Source: an uncultured Chloroflexia bacterium (GTDB taxonomy: Bacteria > Chloroflexota > Limnocylindria > Limnocylindrales > CSP1-4). From it: a DNA stretch of 64,000 nucleotides. Every line of letters begins with the position of its first letter. The first letter of the stretch is position 1. The DNA is taken from the NCBI GenBank assembly GCA_963697275.1, contig CAVONF010000005.1, forward strand, positions 138,134 to 202,133, given 5' to 3'. The notes under the pieces are model-generated. The model was given only the letters and a program-made list of their open reading frames with translations. It ran no database searches and was not told where the DNA came from. Positions 51,128 through 60,903 of this stretch are shown here, piece by piece. Position numbers and translations under genes: made by a program.

Positions 51128-52512
51128 CCCAGCGTCACGCCCCAGTAGACTCCCCAGGCATTGACGGCGATCGAGGCGGCCACCAGGCCGAGGCTGATCG
51201 GCCCGATGCCCAGCCGTGCGATGCCCAGGGTCACGAGGATGACCGCGAACGGCGCGAAGTCATTGCTGAAGCGATAGCCGAACTGGACCCAGCCCTGGCT
51301 GAAGTGCATGAGGTCCACGATGGCGATGGCGAGCACGGCCAGGGCCGCACCCGCCACGACGCGTCGTCGCCAGGCGCGCAGCAGGGGCGGGATCACCAGC
51401 AGGTATGCCGGGCTCGTCAGCAGCAGGCTCATGCCCAGCGGGTCGGGGCGCAGGAGCGGGCATTCGGGGTCGAGGAGGATGCCCAGGCCGGGCTCGTCAG
51501 CAGCGCAGGTCGGGTCGTCGAGCAGTGGGCGTTCCGGCGGCCAGGCCAGCATGATGGCGGCGTTCTGGGGTACGTAGCGCGGGTCCTCGATGCCCCAGGC
51601 TGGGTTGACGAGCTCCGGCCGCGGCCGATATTCGACCTGGTAGAGGTACTCGTAGGCGGGATGGAGGAATGCCCCCGCCGTGACCAGGTTGTAGAGCAGC
51701 AGCAGTCCGACCGGGATGAGCGCGCCGAGTCCGGCACTCACAGCCCGGCGCAGCCATGTCCCACCAGCGCCCACGAAGACGAAGAAGGGCGCGCCGAAGA
51801 CCGTCGTCAGGCGAGCCAGTGCCGCGGTGCCGAAGAGGAGACCGGCGGCGAACTGGCCTGTTGGGCGACCGGCGCGCCCCGTGATCTGCGGGACCCTGCC
51901 CCCGGGGTCGCCTCGAACCGCGACGGCGATAGCCGCGAACAGGAACGTGGAGGCGACCACGTGGGCCAGGAACCAGGTGGTGCCCAGCATCGCGGCGTAC
52001 CAGGCCACCGTCCCGAAGCCGTAGAAGAGGGTTCCCAGCAGGGCTGCCGACCGTCGTGGGGTGACTGCGAGCAGCATGACCCAGCAGAGGACGACATTGA
52101 TGGCGCCCAGCACCGCGGCCACGGCAGCGCCGTTCGTGGACAGCCCGAAGACGGCCACGAACGGCAGCAGCACGATGGCCGGCAGCGGAGGGAAGGGCAG
52201 CTGCGCGAGGCCTTCGGCCACGGGGAGCACATCCTGGAAATGCCCGTTCTGGTGGGGCCCCTCGGTGACGGGGTAGGAGATCTCGGCGCGTCCGTGCAGG
52301 AAGGCGTCGGCCTGCCAGACGAAGTGATCGTAGACGCCCGCCCTGCCGGGATTCGAGCCCACGTAGACGGCGAGTGCCACGACGAAGAGCCCCACAGCCA
52401 CGAAGGCCGGGTCGAGGCGTTGCAGGAGCGCCTCGACGCGGCCAGCGGGACCGAGACCGTCAGCGGCCGCCGAGGGGGCTGCATCCGGGCCCGTTGATAT
52501 ACTCGCGCTCAC
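51121..52512 (-). CDS. Polytopic membrane protein, probable GT-C fold glycosyltransferase (ArnT/PMT-like)
   Basis: A 463-aa protein starting at the GTG at 52512 (VSASISTGPD...). It has many TM segments and a periplasmic loop with HFVWQADAFLHGRAEISYP. The rest of ORF 51121..53679 upstream of 52512 is antisense to the next gene. Confidence 0.45.
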   Translation of the reverse strand: MSASISTGPDAAPSAAADGLGPAGRVEALLQRLDPAFVAVGLFVVALAVYVGSNPGRAGVYDHFVWQADAFLHGRAEISYPVTEGPHQNGHFQDVLPVAEGLAQLPFPPLPAIVLLPFVAVFGLSTNGAAVAAVLGAINVVLCWVMLLAVTPRRSAALLGTLFYGFGTVAWYAAMLGTTWFLAHVVASTFLFAAIAVAVRGDPGGRVPQITGRAGRPTGQFAAGLLFGTAALARLTTVFGAPFFVFVGAGGTWLRRAVSAGLGALIPVGLLLLYNLVTAGAFLHPAYEYLYQVEYRPRPELVNPAWGIEDPRYVPQNAAIMLAWPPERPLLDDPTCAADEPGLGILLDPECPLLRPDPLGMSLLLTSPAYLLVIPPLLRAWRRRVVAGAALAVLAIAIVDLMHFSQGWVQFGYRFSNDFAPFAVILVTLGIARLGIGPISLGLVAASIAVNAWGVYWGVTLGW

Positions 52513-52548
52513 CTCATCGCTCTTTCCCCAGGAGGCAGGACGTCGCCG

Positions 52549-54175
52549 GTGACATCGACCCTGGCGCAAGGGGTCGGCCGCAGCCCCGGGGAGTCGGTCC
52601 GTCCCCTCCGAGCGCTCGCCGCGAGCCCCGCTGTCATCATCCTTCTGCTCGGCGGGTTGGCACTGCGGATAACTATCGCATACGTGCTCTTCCCGTCCTC
52701 GGGCTTCGAGAGTGACCTGGCCTCCTTCGCCTCGTGGGCCCTGACGCTCGCCGAGCATGGCCCCGGCGGCTTCTACGCGAACGCCGGCTTCGCCGACTAT
52801 CCACCCGCCTATCTGTACCTGCTCTGGCCCATCGGCCTGCTGGCCAGTCAGGCGGTCGATCAGGTCGCGGTGGCGGGTGGCCTGATCAAGCTGCCACCCA
52901 TCCTGCTCGACGTCGTCGTCGGCTACCTGGTCTACCGGCTCGTGCTGGGGTGGGCCTGGCCGGGCCGGCGCGCCGAGGCCATGGCCCTCGCGGCTGTGGC
53001 GCTCTACCTCTTCAACCCGGTGTCCGTCTACGACTCGGCCCTGTGGGGCCAGAGCGACGCCGCTGGAGCGCTGCTCCTGCTGCTGGGTGCTGCCGCCCTC
53101 ATCCGGGGCAACAGTGAGGGCGCCGCCGCGCTGGCTGCGACTGCCGCCCTGGTCAAGCCACAGTTCGGCGTCGTGCTCATCCCGCTCGTCGCCTTCGTGC
53201 TCGTGAAGCGGCACCTGCTGCGCCCCGGCTCCGGACCCAGGCATCCGCCCTGGGCACCAGCAGCCCTGGCTGGCTGGCTCGCCCGCGAGCAGGGCTGGCT
53301 GCGGCTGGCGACGGCGCTGGCTGCTGCCTGGGCTGCCTTCGTCCTGCTGGCGCTGCCATTCGGCCTCGGCCCCATCGAGTATCTCGAGCGCATGGTCGGC
53401 ACCGCGGGTGGCTACGCCTACCTCACCGTCAATGCCTTCAACCCCTGGGCGCTGGTCGGTTCTGGTGGGATGCCCCCGCTGGCGGAGGTGCTGGGCTGGT
53501 CCGACGACACCATCCCGCTGCTGGGGCCCATCCCGGGCGTCGCCATCGGTGCGGCCCTGCTGGTGGCGGGCTTCCTGTGGGGCACCGTCCGCGGGGCGGT
53601 GCGCGACGACCGCTGGACGCTGCTCGTAGCCCTGACCTTCCTGGCCATCGCCTTCTTCATCCTGCCCACCCGCGTGCATGAGCGGTACATCTTCCCCGCC
53701 ATCGCCGTGATGCCCCTGCTGGCCGTGGTCAGCGGCCGCTGGGCAGTGGCCCTGCTGCTACTGAGTGCCGGGGCCTTCGTCAACCTCCACGCCCTGCTGA
53801 CGCTGCCGCTCTACGGCACCGACAACGTGACCTCACTGCCGCTGGGCGAATGGTTCCGCAGCTCGCCGCTCATCGTGGCTTCCGTCGTGCTGCAGACCGG
53901 CGTCGGCCTGTGGGCCGCGTGGCAGCTGCGCCCCTCGCTGCGCACCAGCCCGGACGGCTTCGACCACGCTGCACAGCTGCGGGTCAGCGGTCCGTCCCTC
54001 GTCGTGCCGATGTCGACCGGCAACGCCCCCCGCACCGCGGCCGCGGTCGATGACGCGCCGGCAGCCTGGGTGCGCGGGCCCAGCGCCCTCGACTGGATCA
54101 TCGAGCGGCTGTCGCGACCATCCATCCGCGCCGACCGCAGCGTCGCGCTGGCCGGTGAGCGCGGCGGTCGCCTCG
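52549..54175 (+). CDS. GT-C fold membrane glycosyltransferase, Gpi18/PIG-V-like (COG5542-type) mannosyltransferase; 3' boundary unresolved (no stop before the PMT gene)
   Basis: FPSSGFESDLASFASWALTLAEHGPGGFYANAGFADYPPAYLYLLWPIG, LVKPQFGVVLIPL and PTRVHERYIFPAIAV are typical of this family. The frame stays open into the next gene. Confidence 0.55.
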
Positions 54176-57100
54176 ATGGCAAGGACCTGGCTCATCGTCG
54201 CGGTGCTCGTGCTGCTGGCCATCGTCGTCCGTGGCTACCGCCTGGAGCAGCCGGTGGGCATGTACTTCGACGAGGTCTACCACGCTCGTACTGCCACCGA
54301 GTTCCTGCAGCACTGGGAGTACGGGCAGCCCCACGACATCTACGAGTTCACCCACCCGCACCTGGCCAAGTACGCCATGGCCTGGGGCATCCGGCTCGCC
54401 GGCGGCAACGAGATCACGAGCCTGACGGAGCTGGGCGTGCCCGTCGAGGACGCGGCCATCGAGCGGCGCTGGTCAGCGCCGGAGTCGCCGGGGCAACGAC
54501 GCGGCGACCGCCTCTACGTCGCCACCGGCGAAGCCCTGCGCGTCTACGACCTGTCCAGCCGTGAGCTCGTCGATGAGCTGGCTATCGCCGCCACCGCCCT
54601 GGCCGTGGACGACGATAGCCACACGCTCTACATCGCGGACCCGGCCGGAGGTCTCCTGCGGCTGGACACGCCGGGCCTCGAACAGCGCAGCGACGACCAG
54701 CGCGACGATGGCGGGCGGGAGGTCTTCTCGGCCGGCCCGGGTGCGCCCATCGAGCAACTCCTGGTCACGGACACTTCGCTGGTCGCCATCACTCGCGGCT
54801 CCATCAGCACGTTCGACACCGAGTCCGGCGTGCCGCTCTCGGAGCGCTTCGCCTTCGCGGTCGCCGATGCCGTCGAACTCCCCTGGGTCGAGCGGGTCGT
54901 CGTGGACACTCGCCTGGTGAGCGATCGGGCGGCGACCGCCCGGCGTCTCAGTGAGGCCCTCGATGACGAGCGCGACCGCGTCGCGCGATTGCTGCAGGCC
55001 GACGGTTTCGTGGTCGTGGACGCGTACCTCTCCGACGCGGAGGCCGCGGCGGTGCGCGAGGCGATGGACCAGGGCCTCCTCGCGGGCGTCGGCATCGAGA
55101 ACGCGCCACTGCTGGCGGTGGCCGCGCCGACCGGCGTCTCCATCCTCGATGCCTGGACGCTCGACCTCATCGAGGAGCTGCCCACGACTGAGCCGGTGAC
55201 GGCCCTGGCGCTGGTGGAGGAGGGCCTCTCGGAGCCGACGCTCTACGCGGCCGTCGGCGATCGCCTGGACATCTATGCCATCGGCGAGAACGGCCCGAGC
55301 CTGCCCGACACGCTGAGGATGCCGGGCCCGATCCGCGACCTGGCCTGGAATGAGCCGGCCAACCTGGTCCACGCCCTCGGTGACGCGCCCGAGGGCGGCC
55401 CGACCGTGTACGTGGTCGAGCCGCACGGCAATGCCGTCTTCCTCGACGTACCGCTGCCGGAGGAGCCGGCACACTTGCTCGCTGACACGCAACCGGACCG
55501 GCCGGACGATGATCGCGGCGAGCTCCTGGCGATAGCCCCGGGGGGAACCGTGGCCAGGATCGGGATCGAGGGCAACGCCTTCGGCTGGCGACTGCCCGGC
55601 ATGCTGCTGGGTGCGCTCGCAGCCGGCCTGCTCTATCTGCTCGCCAGGATCCTCTTCGCGCGGCGAAGCGTCGGCGTCATCGCCGCTGTCCTGGTGGTTG
55701 CCGAGGGCATGTTCTTCGCCAATTCGCGCATCGGCATGAACGACGTCTACGTGACCACCTTCGTCATCGCCGCCGCACTGGCCTTCGCGCCGCTGTACCT
55801 GGCGCCACGGCGAGCGTGGTCGACCGTACCTCTTCTGCTGGCTGCCGGGCTGGCCCTGGGGCTGGCGCTGGCCTCCAAGTGGGTGGCGCTCTACGCCATC
55901 GGCGGGCTGGTGTTGCTGGTGCTGCTCCGCTCTGGCCTGGGGCGGCTGATCGCGCTCCTGGGCCTGATCTCGCTGACGGCGCTGCTCGGCGCGATGGCCA
56001 TCCGGCCGGCACCGATCGACGATCCCAGCCGCAACTGGGTGTTCCTGGCGCTGATGCTGCTCCTGACCGGCCTCCTGGCGGCAGGGATGGTGCGAAGGCC
56101 GCTGCCGGTCAGTCGCGGCGAGGTCTGGCTGGCCATCGCGGGGCCCCTCGTGGTCGGCGTGCCCATGGTGGCGCTGGGCCTGGCTGGGTCACCGGCTGAG
56201 GCCGCATCGTCCGGTGAGCTGGCTGGACTGCTCGATGACGGCCGTCTGCTGGTCGTCGGTGCTGCCATGATCGTGGTGGGCTCGTGTGCCGGCCTCATCG
56301 CCTGGCTCGCCGGTCGCCTCGGACGCGGACCGTTCGGTGGCAGTGAGACGGCCGCGGCACGTGACGTCAGCGGCTGGCTGCATCCCGCTCGGCTGGGCGG
56401 CATCCCCTGGCTGTTCACGCTGGCCTGTCTGACCCTGCTGCCCTGGCCCTCTACGTCATCGCCTACGCGCCCTGGGTGGAGCTGGGCAATCAGTGGGGCC
56501 TGCCGTTGATCGGGAGCCTGCCCTTCCTGCCCGAGGGCGGCGATGCCGGCCAGACGCTGCCGGAGCTGACGCGGTCGATCTACGAGTACCACGACAACCT
56601 GCGCGCTGAGCACGCCGCCTCCTCGCCCTGGTGGGCCTGGCCGCTGGACCTCAAGCCGGTCTGGTTCTTCTCCGAGAGCTACGCCGAACCGACGACGGGG
56701 CTCATCTACGACACGGGCAACCTGGTCATCTTCTGGCTGGGCATCGCCGGGATGGGCTTCGCCGGCTGGGCGGCCTGGCACCGACGCAGCCTGTCCCTGG
56801 CGCTGGTGGTCATCATGTGGGCGGCGCTGTGGCTGCCCTGGGCACGCATCGACCGGGCCACGTTCCAGTACCACGTCTACGCCAGCCTGCCGTTCCTGGT
56901 GCTGGCCCTGGCCTACTTCCTGGCGGAGCTGTGGCACGGTCCCAGCGTCCGGGTCTGGTGGCTGGCGCGCCTGACCGGCGCCCTGGCCATCCTCGCCATC
57001 CCGTTGCTGTGGCTGTTGCGCACCCCGCTGTGCATCCTCGCCGGCACGGCGGTGGCCCATCCGGAGGGCGTCGCCTGCGCCTCGGAGGTGACGCGCACGG

Positions 57101-57736
57101 CGCAGCTCAGCCAGGCCGGTGTAGCCGCACTCCTCATCGTGATCGCCGGCGCGGTGACCGCGTCGCTGCTCGCCTGGCGAGCGGGCCACCTCCCAGCTGG
57201 ACGCGGTCGGGGTGGCCGCCAGCGGTCACTCCTGGTCGCGATCGTCCTCGTGGCCCTGGCGACGCTCGGCTGCAGTCATGGCCGCTCTGCTGTTCCTCGA
57301 CTCGGCCTCGCCGATGGCGTTGACGTTGAGTTCCGACCTGCTGGCGCTGACCGGCCTGCTCGTCCTCGCGGTCCCGGCCGTGATGGTGCTGCGGGCCCGT
57401 GATCCGCGCCGCTACGTCATCGCGGCGCTGGCGGTCGCACTACTCTGGCTGCTCGTCTGGTATCCCAATATCTCCGGCCTGCCCCTGCCCACGGACCTGG
57501 CGCACATGTACCAGGGCATCCTGCCCACCTGGAACTGGGACTTCCAGTTCGCCGTGAACACCGACCCCGCGGTCGAGGGTGGCCTCCTCGACCTGAGCAC
57601 CCTGCTCGTGGGCGTCGTGGCCATCGTGGTCGTCATCGGTGCCGGAGCCGTGGCGTGGCGCTGGGGCAGCCCCGGAGTGTCACCCCAAGCGGTCCCCATG
57701 GTGACTCGAGACCCGTCGAGCCCGCCAGCCCCGTAG
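54176..57736 (+). CDS. Protein O-mannosyltransferase family (GT39, PMT / phospholipid-carrier-dependent glycosyltransferase) with a ~390-aa insertion; 2 frameshifts (near 56450 and 57220)
   Basis: It has the catalytic loop MYFDEVYHARTATEF, THPHLAKYAMAWG, then after the insertion NAFGWRLPGMLLGAL, and the PMT C-terminal 4-TM module (YEYHDNLRAEHAASSPWWAWPLDLKPVWF, YPNISGLPLP). It is joined from ORFs 54050..56509, 56476..57402 and 57212..57736. The true start may be the upstream GTG at 54070. Confidence 0.75.
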
Positions 57737-59005
57737 CTGGCCGGCAACCGACACGCCCGCACCCTGGGCCCGACCTCGATCGGCGACCTGGGCTCTAGGA
57801 GCGGCTGGGGCTGGACCACAGGCCCGGGCTGACCGGGGCGCGTGGCGGCTGCTCGGGGATTCTGCTGTGAAGCCCGACGGCAAGGCATCGGCCGCGGCCA
57901 GGCGCCTGATCACGAAGCCGTAGTAGTCCTCGACCTTGGCGGTGACCGCCTCCCAGCTGAACTGCAGAGCGCGCGCCCGGCCCGATTCGCCCATGCGCTG
58001 CCGCAACACCGGATCGCGCAGCAGCGTGCCCAGGGCGGCCGCCAGGCCCTCGACGTCCCGCGGTGGCACCAGCACGGCCTGCTCGTTGCGCCGTACCACG
58101 CCCTTGTAGCCGTGGATATCGCTGCACACCACGGGCACTCCGGCGGCCATGGCCTCGAGCAGCACGATACCGAACGATTCCTGGCCCGTGGCCGGCGAGG
58201 CATAGATGTCAGCCGTGGCGAAGGCGCGCGCCTTGTCGTGTTCCGAGAGGCGCCCCAGCATCTCGACGCCCCCGAGCCGCCGGGAGCGGATGTAGCGACG
58301 CGCCTCGCTCGCCTGGGGGCCGTGGCCCACCACCAGCAAGCGGCAGCCGAGGCCCTCCAGGCGCAGCTGGTAGTAGGCACGCAGCAGGTACATCAGGCCC
58401 TTGCGATTCTCGAAGCGACCGACGAAGAGGATGTTGGGGATGCCGTCTCGCCAGCGCGCGAAGGGAGGCACATCCCGGTACTGCGCCAGGTCCACGCCGT
58501 TGGGGATGACCTTGTAGTCACCCGGGAAGAAGCGGCCGATGAAGTGGCGGGCTGCGGCACTGACCGCGATGCGACCGTGGAGGCGCCTGGCGAAGCGCTT
58601 CATGGTGCGCTTGCCGAACTCGTAGGACGGGCTGAAGCCCGAGTAGGCATGGAAGGTGGCCACGTTGACAGACTGAGAGTGGCGCAGGATCTGCAGCGAC
58701 AGGAAGGGCACGAACGGTTCGTGGAAATGGATGACATCGAAACGCTCACGCTCGAGCATCTCGGTCACCAGCTGGCCGTATCGGTGCGAGACCGTTAGCG
58801 TGCCTATCGAGCCATTGGTGGGGACGCTCCAGCCGTAGCCGAGGCGGATGATGTCGCCCTCGCTGGAGCGCTGCGGCCCGTGCGTGCTGCTGATGATGCG
58901 CACGTCATGCCCGCGCCTGACGAGGTTCTCGTAGAGGTAGCCGACGTGGGCGTTGACACCGCCAGGCACCGGGAAGATGTACGGGGTGACCAGCCCGATC
59001 TTCAT
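57680..59005 (-). CDS. pimA: GT4 glycosyltransferase, phosphatidylinositol alpha-mannosyltransferase-like
   Basis: MKIGLVTPYIFPVPGGVNAHV... and the EX7E block GQESFGIVLLEAMAAGVPVV. It follows pgsA and the acyltransferases, as in the mycobacterial PIM operon. The C-terminal ~60 aa look like read-through. Confidence 0.75.
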   Translation of the reverse strand: MKIGLVTPYIFPVPGGVNAHVGYLYENLVRRGHDVRIISSTHGPQRSSEGDIIRLGYGWSVPTNGSIGTLTVSHRYGQLVTEMLERERFDVIHFHEPFVPFLSLQILRHSQSVNVATFHAYSGFSPSYEFGKRTMKRFARRLHGRIAVSAAARHFIGRFFPGDYKVIPNGVDLAQYRDVPPFARWRDGIPNILFVGRFENRKGLMYLLRAYYQLRLEGLGCRLLVVGHGPQASEARRYIRSRRLGGVEMLGRLSEHDKARAFATADIYASPATGQESFGIVLLEAMAAGVPVVCSDIHGYKGVVRRNEQAVLVPPRDVEGLAAALGTLLRDPVLRQRMGESGRARALQFSWEAVTAKVEDYYGFVIRRLAAADALPSGFTAESPSSRHAPRSARACGPAPAAPRAQVADRGRAQGAGVSVAGQLRGWRARRVSSHHGDRLG

Positions 59006-59841
59006 GGGCGCCGATCCAGCGATAGACCGGCAGCGACGCGGTCGAAGTGGACGGGCCGCTCTCTGCCACCCGGATAGCCCAGGTCGCGGCCGGTGCCGTC
59101 ACGCCGCATCTTGCCGCGCACCTCGTCGCGGACCGCCGCGGCGTTCTTGCGCTGCTGTCGCGCGAACATCTGCAGCTGCTCCTGCCAGCTGTACGCTCGA
59201 CCCTCCCAGGCCGTGTCGCGAGCCGCCAGCGCGACGCGCAGATCCTCCGCCGAGCGGCCCCGGAAGACGGTCACGGCGCTGCCGACCTTGTCGGCGCTGT
59301 GGGCATCGGAGCCAGCCAGCGCGGCGATGCCGAGCTCCTCTGCGAGCGCCGGGGCCTTGTGGCTCCAGCGCATCCGCGCCGTGGTCGGGTTGAAGCCCTC
59401 GAGCCCATCGGGGTGGAAGATGGGGTCGGCTTCGTCCATCAGCTTGCGGATGGAGCGCTCGCTGGCGCACAGCGGATAGGGGGGCAGGGGGTGGGCGATG
59501 ATGGCCACGCCACCCTGCTCGTGGATCATGGCGATGGAATCCCTGAGCGAGTGCCAGGGCCGGATGCGCTTCCTGAGCCACAGGCCCACCAGGTGCCCGC
59601 CGCGCGTGCTGACCTCCTCGCCGACGACGACCTCGATGGGCAGGCCCCGTCCCAGCGCGATCTCCCTGGCCGCGACGGCGGCATCGATGCGTTCGTGATC
59701 GGCGATGCCGATGGCGTCGAGGCCCTTGGCGATGGCCGACGCCAGGATGGTCTCCACGTCCGAGATGCCATCCGAGGCGAGGGTGTGGATGTGCGGGTCC
59801 ATGCGGAAGAGCGGTGCCGCGAGGCGGCCCGGGTCGGCCAT
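59002..59841 (-). CDS. PHP-domain metal-dependent phosphoesterase
   Basis: MDPHIHTLASDG (the HxH motif), IADHE, AIIAHP and GSDAH are PHP metal-ligand blocks. The stop overlaps the pimA ATG (ATGA). The gene may start at the GTG at 59923, overlapping the upstream stop, if one indel near 59840 is assumed. Confidence 0.75.
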   Translation of the reverse strand: MADPGRLAAPLFRMDPHIHTLASDGISDVETILASAIAKGLDAIGIADHERIDAAVAAREIALGRGLPIEVVVGEEVSTRGGHLVGLWLRKRIRPWHSLRDSIAMIHEQGGVAIIAHPLPPYPLCASERSIRKLMDEADPIFHPDGLEGFNPTTARMRWSHKAPALAEELGIAALAGSDAHSADKVGSAVTVFRGRSAEDLRVALAARDTAWEGRAYSWQEQLQMFARQQRKNAAAVRDEVRGKMRRDGTGRDLGYPGGRERPVHFDRVAAGLSLDRRP

Positions 59842-59919
59842 GTCCTCGGGGTCGTGCCTGCTCCTCCGGGCCGGCTGGTAGCTGCTCTGTGCGGTCGCTC
59901 GTCAGTGTCTCGTCCTCGG

Positions 59920-60864
59920 TCACCCCTCGTCCTCATCGTTCCAGATCGGGAAGAACAGTGTGGTCCATTGTTCGGGAGCCCGCGCGATGATGCGCTCGAA
60001 GGCACGCGCCTCCTGCTCGATGATCGATCGCGTGGCCTCCCGGCGCGTGGCGCCTGGCCGGGGCCGGATGGGCACGGTGTGCCCCAGCCACTCGCCCGGT
60101 GCGGTGCGCTCGATGGCATGCAGGTAGATGGGTGCACCTGTCTGGACGGAGAGCACGGCGGGCCCGATGGGCAGGCGGACCGGAGCCCCGAACAGCTCGA
60201 CCCTGACACCGCTGCCGACGATGTTGCGATCGGCCACGACTGCCGCAGCCTCGCCCCGCTCGAGTGCCGCCACGAGGTGCTCTGCCGCGTCACGCAGGGG
60301 CACGATGGTGACACCGAGCTCGTTGCGGACGTGGTCGAAGTAGGCCCGCGCCAGGGGTGCGGTGACGAACTCCATGGGCCCGGTCACCGGGAGCACTCCG
60401 ACTCGCGATCCGTAGAGCGCGGAGAGGTCCACCGCGCCGAAGTGCAGGGACATGTGGATGAGGCCGACCTCGCCGGGTGGCCGAGCCGACATGGCCTCCT
60501 GACTGGCGGCCGGGTCACTGGCCACGAACCGGGCCTTGAGCTCCGCGCCGCTGTAGCGCGGCCCCAGTGCCGCCTCGGCGTAACCCACGACCCAGTGCCC
60601 GAAGGCGGCCCGCACCAGGCGATCCAACGCCCGTGGGTCGCGTGCCGCGGCAGCCACGCGCGGGCCGGCCATGTCGTTGGCCACCAGCCAGGCGCACACA
60701 CGCGCCAGGTTCTGACGCACCTGCCGGCGCCGTGCCGGCAGCAACAGGGATAGCCCCGCCCCGAGTGCGAAGGCGATGCGGTAGATGGGCTTGTCGGGGA
60801 GCCGGCGCGCCACCCACAGCGCAGCGAGCAGCAGGCGGAAGGCCATCCGCTGCGGGATCGTCAA
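59920..60864 (-). CDS. Lysophospholipid/lipid A-type acyltransferase (LPLAT; PIM acyltransferase PatA-like)
   Basis: An intact 314-aa ORF with the HX4D motif (HFGAVD) and the HtrB/LpxL-like length and layout. It is located between pgsA and pimA. Confidence 0.7.
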   Translation of the reverse strand: MTIPQRMAFRLLLAALWVARRLPDKPIYRIAFALGAGLSLLLPARRRQVRQNLARVCAWLVANDMAGPRVAAAARDPRALDRLVRAAFGHWVVGYAEAALGPRYSGAELKARFVASDPAASQEAMSARPPGEVGLIHMSLHFGAVDLSALYGSRVGVLPVTGPMEFVTAPLARAYFDHVRNELGVTIVPLRDAAEHLVAALERGEAAAVVADRNIVGSGVRVELFGAPVRLPIGPAVLSVQTGAPIYLHAIERTAPGEWLGHTVPIRPRPGATRREATRSIIEQEARAFERIIARAPEQWTTLFFPIWNDEDEG

Positions 60865-60903
60865 CGGCGGTGCCGGCGGGAGATCCGGGCGGGGTCTCGC
60901 TCA

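Noticed and set aside
52513-53679. The upstream half of the 852-aa ORF 51121..53679(-).
   Set aside because: Only the part from the GTG at 52512 downwards looks like a membrane protein. The upstream part is antisense to the well-supported Gpi18-like gene at 52549(+) and has a junk composition.
57680-57736. The convergent 57-nt overlap of pimA and the PMT gene, and the 36-nt overlap of secA with ORF 26776..27051, as antisense regulation.
   Set aside because: The pimA C-terminal ~60 residues look like read-through caused by a missed stop or an indel, and the small ORF is weakly supported. The overlaps are probably annotation or assembly artefacts.
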